54,500 nucleotides of DNA from Verrucomicrobiia bacterium. Its GTDB lineage: Bacteria > Verrucomicrobiota > Verrucomicrobiia > Limisphaerales > UBA11358. Location of the stretch: positions 1 to 54,500 of the forward strand of contig DATAUQ010000095.1 of the NCBI GenBank assembly GCA_036268155.1, given 5' to 3'. Below, in pieces: positions 46,254 to 54,500 of the stretch. The notes below the pieces were generated by a model. It saw only the letters and a list, made by a program, of their open reading frames with translations, did no database searches and was not told the origin of the DNA. The position numbers and the translations under genes are program-made. How positions within the stretch are numbered: position 1 is the first letter of the stretch; each line of letters starts with the position of its first letter.

Positions 46254-47606
46254 ATGCACGATCAGGAATCACCAGAAAATTTACCGGATCCGCCTTCGCC
46301 AAAAAGCCCCGGCGCGACAGGCGAAAGCGCCTACGCCGTTCTGAAGAATGCGGATTTTACCCGCTATCTCACAGGACGCTTCGTCGCGTCGCTCGGCCAG
46401 CAGATGCTCGTGGTGGCGATTGACTGGGAACTTTACGACCGCACGCACTCCGCGCTGCCACTGGCGTTCGTCGGATTATCGCAGATGGTTCCGATGATTC
46501 TTTGCACGCTGCCCGCCGGACATCTCGCGGACACTTGCGACCGCAAAAAAATAATCCTCGCGACAACGATTGTGCTGGCGGTGGCGAGTCTGGGGCTGAC
46601 GTTAAGCTCCGCGTTTGTCGCGCCGCTTGGCTGGATTTATTTTTTCCTCGTCATCCTCGGCGCGGCTCGGACTTTCCTATGGCCTGCGAGCGCGGCGTTT
46701 GTGACCAGCCTCGTGCCGCGCGAACAATTCGCCCGTGCCGTCACGTTCAACAGCGGACTGTTCCAATTTTCCTCCGTCATCGGCCCGGCGGCGTGCGGAC
46801 TCGTCATCTCGCTCGCGCACCAGACCGCTTGGGCGGTTTACGCGCTGAACGTTTTGACTTCCATTGCCTGCTTCGCGCTCGTCTTGCAGATCAAGCACAT
46901 CCACAAAGTCAAAGCGGCTGAACCCGTTTCGGCCAGAAGTTTGATCGAAGGTTTCCGTTTTGTTTATCAAAGCAAAATCATCCTCGGCGTCATCACGCTG
47001 GATTTGTTCGCCGTGCTGCTCGGCGGCACGGTGACGCTGCTGCCGATTTACGCGAAGGACATTTTTCACGGCACGCCGACCGATTTGGGCTGGCTGCGAG
47101 ACGCGATGCCCGTCGGCGCGGTGGTTTGCGCGCTCTGGCTCGCGCACCGGCAGATGCTGCAAAAAGCCGGGAAGACAATGCTTTTGTCCGTCGCGATTTT
47201 TGGCGTGGCAACGATTCTTTTCGGCGTCGCGAACAAAAATTGTTTTGGCAGCCTGTTCTCCAATTCATTCTGGTTCTGGTTTTCGTGCGCGATGCTCGCG
47301 CTGGCTGGTGCGGTGGACAATGTGAGCGTCATCGTGCGACAGACGCTCGTGCAAATTTTGACGCCGGACGAAAAACGCGGGCGCGTCTCGGCGGTCAACA
47401 GCCTCTTTATCGGCACGTCGAACGAACTCGGCGGCTTCCGGTCGGGCATGGTGGCGTGGCTGTTTGCGTCGCCGACGGTTTTGGGCAGCGCGGCGGCGAC
47501 GGGTGCGATTATTTCCACGGTGACGGGTGGCATTGGAACAATTGTAGTGGTTTTAGCCGTCGCATGGATCTGGCCGGAAATTCGCAAATACGGAAAGCTG
47601 GCGTGA
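46254..47606 (+). CDS. MFS transporter (EntS/MFS_3-like)
   Basis: 12 TM segments, with 'FTRYLTGRFVASLGQQMLVVAIDWELY' and 'GHLADTCDRKKI' loop motifs. Confidence 0.75.
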   Translation: MHDQESPENLPDPPSPKSPGATGESAYAVLKNADFTRYLTGRFVASLGQQMLVVAIDWELYDRTHSALPLAFVGLSQMVPMILCTLPAGHLADTCDRKKIILATTIVLAVASLGLTLSSAFVAPLGWIYFFLVILGAARTFLWPASAAFVTSLVPREQFARAVTFNSGLFQFSSVIGPAACGLVISLAHQTAWAVYALNVLTSIACFALVLQIKHIHKVKAAEPVSARSLIEGFRFVYQSKIILGVITLDLFAVLLGGTVTLLPIYAKDIFHGTPTDLGWLRDAMPVGAVVCALWLAHRQMLQKAGKTMLLSVAIFGVATILFGVANKNCFGSLFSNSFWFWFSCAMLALAGAVDNVSVIVRQTLVQILTPDEKRGRVSAVNSLFIGTSNELGGFRSGMVAWLFASPTVLGSAAATGAIISTVTGGIGTIVVVLAVAWIWPEIRKYGKLA

Positions 47607-47613
47607 AGCTGCG

Positions 47614-48453
47614 ATGAACGAAACGCATTTCAAAGGCTGGGCAAAGCCAGGGCCGGTTCCGCCAGGACTCGCTTCCGGCGTGACAATTGAGCCGCACGAA
47701 ACGCTTGATGCCATCAGCGGACATTTTCGTTTGTTTCAATTGCGCGATGGACACCGTTTTTCCACCGACGACATTTTGGCCGCATGGTATGGCACGACTT
47801 GGTGTCCGACCGCGCGCACCGCGCTTGACCTCGGCAGCGGTATTGGAACCGTCGGAATGATTTGCGCGTGGCGTTTGCCCAGCGCGAAATTCGTGACCGT
47901 CGAGGCGCAAAGCGAAAGCATCGCGCTCGCCAAAAAATCCGCGTGCTACAATGGGCTGGCCGGCCGCTATGAAATCCGCGAGGGCGATTTTCGCGCACCG
48001 GAAATTTTACAGGTCAAAGAAAAATTTGATCTCATCACCGGCAGCCCGCCGTATTTTCCTCCGGACTCTGGTGTGAAAAGCGAGCATCCGCAAAAACTCG
48101 CCTGCCGTTTTGAACTGCGCGGAAACATTGACGATTATTGCGCGACCGCCGCGAAGCATCTTGCGTCCGGCGGATTTTTCGCGTGCGTTTTTCCGCGCGA
48201 GCAGGCACAGCTTGCACGCATCGAAGCCGCCGCAAACAAATCCGGCCTCGTCATCGTCCGCAAACGTCCGGTGCTTTTCCGCGAAGGCGGCCCTGCGCTC
48301 ATCGCGTTGTTCGGCATGATGCGCGCGGACGATTTGCCCGAATGGTTTCGAGGCCAGACATGGACGGAGCCGGATTTGATCATCCGCGCGCACGACGGCA
48401 AAATTCATGCCGAATATTCGGCCCTGAAATTGGCGATTGGTTTTCCGCCGTGA
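47614..48453 (+). CDS. class I SAM-dependent methyltransferase (TrmN6/YfiC-like small-domain MTase)
   Basis: LDLGSGIGTVGM (motif I) and ITGSPPYFP (N/D-PPY-type motif IV). Confidence 0.7.
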   Translation: MNETHFKGWAKPGPVPPGLASGVTIEPHETLDAISGHFRLFQLRDGHRFSTDDILAAWYGTTWCPTARTALDLGSGIGTVGMICAWRLPSAKFVTVEAQSESIALAKKSACYNGLAGRYEIREGDFRAPEILQVKEKFDLITGSPPYFPPDSGVKSEHPQKLACRFELRGNIDDYCATAAKHLASGGFFACVFPREQAQLARIEAAANKSGLVIVRKRPVLFREGGPALIALFGMMRADDLPEWFRGQTWTEPDLIIRAHDGKIHAEYSALKLAIGFPP

Positions 48454-48584
48454 ATTTTTCGGCTGCGAATTGAACACGGATTTATGTCGCGCGAAGACTG
48501 CGAAGTTTGCGAAGGAGAATTTTACTTCGATGGATTTCAGAAATTTTCTGTTCCCTTTTCCATCCGGCGGACATTACTTGATGA

Positions 48585-50081
48585 ATGACCAAACGGGATG
48601 ACATCGCCTTGTTGCGCGAATTTGCCGCGACGGAATCCGAGGCCGCGTTTGTCGCGCTTGTCGAACGGCATATCAACGTGGTCTATTCCGTCGCGCTGCG
48701 AAGCACCTGCAACGCGCACGCCGCGCAGGAAATTTCGCAGGCGGTTTTCATCATCCTCGCGCGCAAGGCGAAAGGTTTTTCCAGACGAACAGTTCTTTCC
48801 GGCTGGCTTTATCAAACCACGCGGCTGACGGCGGCGAATTTTCTGCGCGGTGAAATCCGCCGGCAACAACGCGAACAGGAGGCGTATATGCAATCCACTT
48901 TGAACGAAACGGCAAATGAAACGTGGCGGCAAATCGCGCCGCAGCTTGATGACGCGATGGCCGCACTTGGCGAACGCGACCGCAACGCAATTGTGCTGCG
49001 GTTTTTCGAGAACAAAAATTTGCGCGAAGTTGGCGTGGCTTTGGGCGCAAGCGAAGACGCGGCGAAAATGCGCGTGAACCGCGCACTGGAAAAATTGCGG
49101 AAAACTTTCTCGAAGCGCGGCGTGAGTTCGACGACGGCGATTATTGCCGGAGCGGTTTCTGCAAATTCGGTTCAGGCCGCGCCGTTGGGTTTGGCGAAAA
49201 CAATTTCTGCCGTTGCGATTGCCAAAGGCGCGGCGGCGGGCGGTTCAACTTTAGTTTTGGTCAAAGGAGCATTGAAAATCATGGCTTGGACAAAAATGAA
49301 AACGGCGCTCATCGCGGGCACAATTGTGCTGCTCGCTGCGGGAACAGCGACCACTTTTGTTACTCAACACAAACACAAATTGCACGGCGGATCGCCACAG
49401 ATTCACATCAAGGCAAGATTTATTGAAATCCCGAAAGGCTCGGATGATTTCTTAAACTCATTTTCAGGAATCCTTGACGCCAACTCTGCCCAGACGTTTT
49501 TGCAAACGATCAGATCAAAACGTGGCGTTGAGACTTTGGCCGAACCGGAAGCAGTCACCACCAGCGGACGACAGACTCAAATGCGGGCGACGCAAATCAT
49601 CACGGTTATCACGAACTCTATTTTTCAGGAAACCAATTCGACAGGCAGCGTTGTTATTCAAACCACAAAAGTGGAGACCGGGCCGATTTTTGACGTTGTG
49701 CCTGTAGTTTTAGGCAATGGCCAGATTCAAATGACAACCATCGCTTCAACCACCGAATTTTTTGGCTACGCTGATCCCAGTAATTTATCACCACTTTTTG
49801 CAACTAATTCCGCCGGACAACAAATAACTTTGCCCATATTTTTACCGGCGCTTCAAATTAAGCAAGCCTTGACGAAAACCATGCTGGCAGATGGCCAGAG
49901 CTTGCTGCTAATTGTTCCCACGGTAGAACCGCCATCATTTCCTGATGCTGAACGTGAAGCGAGGGTCGCCCAGCACATTGCTGATGCGGAGAAAAAGAAC
50001 GGTGAAAAAACCACAATTTTGCTCGTCACGGTCAATCTGGTTGATTCGGCTGGAAATCTGATTCACCCCAATGTCAGATAA
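48585..50081 (+). CDS. ECF sigma factor fused to a TM segment and a secretin-like C-terminal domain
   Basis: Sigma region 2 (AQEISQAVFIILARKAKGF...GWLYQTTRLTAANFLR) and region 4 (RNAIVLRFFENKNLREVGVALGASEDAAKMRVNRALEKLR). TM (ALIAGTIVLLAAGTATTFV). The C-terminus 'IHIKARFIEIPKG...VETLAEPEAVTTSGRQTQMRATQ...VETGPIFDVVPVVLGNGQIQM' resembles the secretin core. Confidence 0.75.
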   Translation: MTKRDDIALLREFAATESEAAFVALVERHINVVYSVALRSTCNAHAAQEISQAVFIILARKAKGFSRRTVLSGWLYQTTRLTAANFLRGEIRRQQREQEAYMQSTLNETANETWRQIAPQLDDAMAALGERDRNAIVLRFFENKNLREVGVALGASEDAAKMRVNRALEKLRKTFSKRGVSSTTAIIAGAVSANSVQAAPLGLAKTISAVAIAKGAAAGGSTLVLVKGALKIMAWTKMKTALIAGTIVLLAAGTATTFVTQHKHKLHGGSPQIHIKARFIEIPKGSDDFLNSFSGILDANSAQTFLQTIRSKRGVETLAEPEAVTTSGRQTQMRATQIITVITNSIFQETNSTGSVVIQTTKVETGPIFDVVPVVLGNGQIQMTTIASTTEFFGYADPSNLSPLFATNSAGQQITLPIFLPALQIKQALTKTMLADGQSLLLIVPTVEPPSFPDAEREARVAQHIADAEKKNGEKTTILLVTVNLVDSAGNLIHPNVR

Positions 50082-50197
50082 TCCCCATGCCATTCGCCCG
50101 CGCCGCGTTCAATAATAAGCAAATTAAGCTGGACAAATGTCATCAATCGGCGCGTCACTGGTTTGTTCACCATGAAATTTCCGGCGCGAAAGAAACT

Positions 50198-51145
<948 letters not shown>

Positions 51146-51199
51146 ACGGAAATCATGTTTGCCGCCGTGCCTATCGGTCTTCAACCACTTTTTATTTCA

Positions 51200-52222
51200 C
51201 TAGCGCCGCCACCAACTGGTCAGGCCTTTGGCTTTGTGCGGGCTAATCGGAGCGCTGGAGCGTTCCCGCAGCAGCAGGCTGCGCGCGGCCTCGAGTTGCA
51301 TGATGAATTCGTCGTAGCTCAAAAACCGGTCCGACGGATTTTTCGCCATGGCTTTCACCAGCGTTTCGCTCGTGGTCTGTGAAACTTCCGGCGCGACCAT
51401 GTTTGGCGGCGTCAACGGCGTGCTCACCTGCGCGATGATGACTTCCTCCACCGTCGGCGCATCAAACGGAACGCATCCCAGCAGCGCGTGATAAAGCGTC
51501 GCGCCCAAACTATACATATCGGACAGGAAAGTTTCCGGCTCGCGCTTGATTTTTTCCGGCGCGACGTAATACGGCGTGCCTTCGGTGACGGTGGAAAATT
51601 CCTGCTCAGCCTCGACATTCCGCGCCAGGCCGAAATCCACCAGCTTCGGTTCGTTGTCGTAATCGAACAAAATATTTCCGGGCTTGATGTCGCGGTGGAT
51701 CAAATTGTGCTTGAGCGCGAGGTCGAGCGCCGAGGCGATCTTGATCCCGATGTCGAGCACCGCCAGTTCATCCACGCGCTGCTGCTTTTCAATGCGCGTG
51801 TCGAGGCTGCCCCGGTCGGCCAGTTCCATGACGAGATAACGCAACCCTTCCCATTCATCGAACGTGTAAATGTGGATGATGTTCGTGTGGTTGAGCCGGG
51901 CGCAGGCGCGGGCTTCGCGATAAAAACTTTCCAGCGCCGCCGCGTCTTCGAGCAATTCCTTCTTCATCAACTTCACCGCCACGAGCCGTTCCAGAACCGT
52001 GTCCCAGCCGCGATACACCGTGCCGTTGCCGCCCGACGCCACGAAGCTGCGCAGCTCGAACTGCCGCAGCATCATCGGCATCATGATCGGATGACCGCAC
52101 TTGCTGCACGGCACCGTCGCCAGCGGCGCGAGATCGCCGGGGATGAACACCTTCGTCTCGCACGAACTGCACGTCACCATTTTCAACGCTTTGTCGCTCA
52201 TGCTTTGAAACCAATCTAGCAT
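51200..52222 (-). CDS. serine/threonine protein kinase with an N-terminal zinc-ribbon
   Basis: CSSCETKV...CSKCGHPI, then GGNGTVY..VAVK, HRDIKPGNILF, DFGLAR, and APE. The start is ambiguous (ATG at 52222 or 52201; the track start at 52297 lies in a repeat hairpin). Confidence 0.85.
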   Translation of the reverse strand: MLDWFQSMSDKALKMVTCSSCETKVFIPGDLAPLATVPCSKCGHPIMMPMMLRQFELRSFVASGGNGTVYRGWDTVLERLVAVKLMKKELLEDAAALESFYREARACARLNHTNIIHIYTFDEWEGLRYLVMELADRGSLDTRIEKQQRVDELAVLDIGIKIASALDLALKHNLIHRDIKPGNILFDYDNEPKLVDFGLARNVEAEQEFSTVTEGTPYYVAPEKIKREPETFLSDMYSLGATLYHALLGCVPFDAPTVEEVIIAQVSTPLTPPNMVAPEVSQTTSETLVKAMAKNPSDRFLSYDEFIMQLEAARSLLLRERSSAPISPHKAKGLTSWWRR

Positions 52223-52265
52223 CGCGCGCAAATCCGACAACGCAATTTTCACCGCGCAAGTTTGA

Positions 52266-52319
52266 TTGTAGCGGCGGTCTGTGACCGCCGAAAACATCGC
52301 TCATGGAGCGCCGCTACAA
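52266..52319. repeat. hairpin repeat unit ('ttgtagcggcg...cgccgctacaa')
   Basis: 11-bp outer inverted repeat and an inner ggcggt/accgcc stem. Confidence 0.6.
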
Positions 52320-52326
52320 AATCCAT

Positions 52327-52553
52327 TTGACAAACCCCGTGAAATAATGTTTATTCTCCGCTCGGTTTGAAAGTTACAATAATGAAAACCACGTTTGCAA
52401 AAATGCTGCAGCACGCGCAATCCAATGGATATATGTCCATTTGGACGCGCGTTGGCTGCCGTCTTGGCATCGTGGGAACGAACTGATGATTTAACTTTTT
52501 AAGATTTTCAAAAGACCCGCGATTGACTGGCAATCGCGGGTCTTTTGCTTTTT
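52327..52553 (+). ncRNA. candidate structured RNA (sRNA or cis-regulatory leader) from a putative promoter to an intrinsic terminator
   Basis: TTGACA at 52327..52332 with a weak -10 (tttatt) 17 nt downstream. A long imperfect hairpin spans 52408..52459 (gcagcacgcgc...gcgcgttggctgc). The terminator is at 52510..52553. There is no credible ORF. Confidence 0.35.
52510..52553 (+). terminator. rho-independent terminator
   Basis: Perfect 16-bp stem aaaagacccgcgattg / caatcgcgggtctttt with a 5-nt loop, followed by gcttttt. Confidence 0.8.
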
Positions 52554-52577
52554 AACCCAAACACGAAAGGAAAATAC

Positions 52578-52910
52578 ATGAACAAAAATAAAACATTAGT
52601 GCCGACGGAATTCGGCCCTGAAACGCGCTTCGAAGTGCGGGCCAATCCGCCCGCGCCATTTCGCGCCGTGCAGGAAAACGAATTCGAGCGGCTCAAGAAC
52701 AGACTGCTCGCGCAGCAATTGCTCGACGCCGCACCGGAGTTGAACGCCCCGCTGCGGCGCGCGGCCAACGACGCGGCGGCGCTCGCATGGGCGACCGTTT
52801 TCCCGCTGCTCGTGTTCCCGGTGCTGTTCGAGGAAAAAACCGATGCCGCCGTCCTGCGCGCCGGGCGGCAGGCGCGCATCTACGCCAACAGCCAGCTCAT
52901 CGCCGCATGA
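52578..52910 (+). CDS. hypothetical protein (110 aa)
   Basis: The ATG at 52578 is preceded by aaaggaaaataC (an SD-like AGGA). No family recognised. Confidence 0.5.
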   Translation: MNKNKTLVPTEFGPETRFEVRANPPAPFRAVQENEFERLKNRLLAQQLLDAAPELNAPLRRAANDAAALAWATVFPLLVFPVLFEEKTDAAVLRAGRQARIYANSQLIAA

Positions 52911-52926
52911 AAACGCGAATGGGCAA

Positions 52927-52996
52927 AGTGACAAGTGATGAGTGAAAAGTGACGAGCGTGTTTTTGCACGTCACTCGTCACCTGTCACTCATCACT
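52927..52996. repeat. palindromic intergenic element ('agtgacaagtgatgag' family)
   Basis: Arms agtgacaagtgatgagtgaaaagtgacgag / cgtcactcgtcacctgtcactcatcact. Same family as the recG-internal unit. Confidence 0.8.
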
Positions 52997-53007
52997 ATTT
53001 TGGAATC

Positions 53008-53082
53008 TTCGGAACGCGGACAGTTCCTCGCCGTGGAGTTTCAAGCGTCCGCTTGATGCGACACTGTCCGCATTCCTACGCC
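53008..53082. repeat. 75-bp structured direct repeat, copy 1
   Basis: ttcggaacgcggacagttcctcgccgtggagtttcaagcgtccgcttgatgcgacactgtccgcattcctacgcc. It has 3 mismatches against 53702..53776 and the internal stems gcggacagt/actgtccgc and caagcg/cgcttg. Confidence 0.9.
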
Positions 53083-53390
53083 GTTGGGAAGAACCGCGTC
53101 CAATCCTGTGCCGCGTGCAGGACGCGAATTACCACAATGGTCTCTTGAAACGGTTGGTAGAAAATCAGGTAATTGCGGAACCTCGGCACGACAAACCAGC
53201 GGATTTGCAAGTGGCGTGCCGCAGCCTTGCGGATGCGTCGTCCGATTTCAGGATGCTGCGCGAGAAAATCTGCTGTGTTGAGAATTGTCTGCCGAACCCG
53301 TCCCGCCGCCTCGGGATTGTCGGCGTCAATGCGGTTGGAAATTTCGTCCAAGTCGCACGCGGCCTTGAGACTGAACCTGGCCCGGATCAT
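53076..53390 (-). CDS. type II toxin-antitoxin system RelE/ParE family toxin
   Basis: 104 aa; 'A..DL.EI..RI..DNPEAA.R....I......L...P.IGR......R....RWFVVPRFRNYLIFY......I.VIRVLH...D' is the ParE pattern. It has a 4-nt overlap with the upstream antitoxin. Confidence 0.85.
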   Translation of the reverse strand: MIRARFSLKAACDLDEISNRIDADNPEAAGRVRQTILNTADFLAQHPEIGRRIRKAAARHLQIRWFVVPRFRNYLIFYQPFQETIVVIRVLHAAQDWTRFFPTA

Positions 53391-53611
53391 GACCGGCGCA
53401 ATTCGTCGGTGGTCTTCGATTGATCCAGATTTTCCAAACCTTCGTCCAGCAGCCGTTCCAATTCCGGCGTCATCACCACTTCAACGCCACGGCGGCGGGC
53501 TTGATGTTCGCTCAACGCCTCCAGCACGACTTCATCCGACCCTTTGTAACCGCTGGTTTGAACCAGTTCGGCGACGTAGCTTTCAAGATTTCGCGGCAAC
53601 GCGATATTCAT
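53387..53611 (-). CDS. type II antitoxin (ParD/CopG-like)
   Basis: 74 aa; 'MNIALPRNLESYVAELVQTSGYKGSDEVVLEALSEHQ' has the ParD-type N-terminus. It is coupled to the ParE-like toxin. Confidence 0.75.
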   Translation of the reverse strand: MNIALPRNLESYVAELVQTSGYKGSDEVVLEALSEHQARRRGVEVVMTPELERLLDEGLENLDQSKTTDELRRS

Positions 53612-53701
53612 GGGCTCAATTTAATGTGCTGCGAAATTCTGTCAACCTGTAACCCGCGCCAACGGCTTCTCGCCGCGCCTTTTTGTTTCCGGGAAATAAT
53701 T

Positions 53702-53776
53702 TTCGGAGCGCGGACAGTTCCTCGCCGTGGAGTTTCAAGCGTCCGCTTGATGCGACACTGTCCGTGTTCCTACGCC
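53702..53776. repeat. 75-bp structured direct repeat, copy 2
   Basis: See copy 1. It lies 694 bp to the right, immediately downstream of the stop of the 53783..54347 gene. Confidence 0.9.
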
Positions 53777-53782
53777 TTTGAA

Positions 53783-54500
<718 letters not shown>

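Noticed and set aside
52351-52533. 60-aa minus-strand ORF in the kinase-upstream gap
   Set aside because: It runs through the terminator stem and the long hairpin and has an improbable composition. The region is better explained as non-coding structured RNA.
53008-53776. Integron gene cassette with attC sites flanking the ParDE pair
   Set aside because: I could not find the RYYYAAC/GTTRRRY core sites at the repeat ends, and no IntI-type integrase or attI lies in the window. The idea survives only as an analogy.

Overview
This is a 54.5-kb chromosomal window. Its gene content fits a Verrucomicrobiota/PVC-type bacterium, which is an inference from three things: three prepilin-type '[18 protein letters not shown]...' proteins with H-X9-DG tails, two ECF sigma factors, and very dense families of hairpin/palindromic repeats. 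I found no rRNA genes and no CRISPR array; one tRNA-Gly(CCC) is present. Most of the window is housekeeping: glnD, ispA-like, rpoZ, smpB, rpmB, uppP, argG, guaA, recG, coaB, an HscA-like Hsp70, BamD/LptE-like genes, the murA 3' end, and an RND adaptor plus TetR at the left edge. This backbone is interrupted by small accessory insertions. (1) A class-I Fic toxin with a VbhA-like antitoxin is bracketed by a duplicated argG 3' end. (2) A ParE/ParD-like pair is bracketed by 75-bp direct repeats. (3) A 418-bp block of hairpin repeats is bracketed by a perfect 58-bp duplication of an ECF sigma gene 3' end. (4) An AT-rich pentapeptide-repeat/TIR gene is split at a T6 run. (5) An orphan HNH gene sits in its own AT-rich stretch. 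The most unusual points are listed here. The topology 'gene 3' end, insert, orphan copy of that 3' end' recurs three times. Palindromic repeat units sit in frame inside recG (twice) and inside the Hsp70 gene. A compact MglA/MglB/Roadblock module sits next to a REC-DUF4388 regulator. One ECF sigma is fused to a TM segment and a secretin-like domain. A promoter-to-terminator structured RNA candidate lies upstream of a small ORF. Three genes are broken at homopolymer runs, so assembly indel error is a realistic alternative to pseudogenisation. Nothing here was checked against a database. All family calls come from motifs I recognise in the translations.
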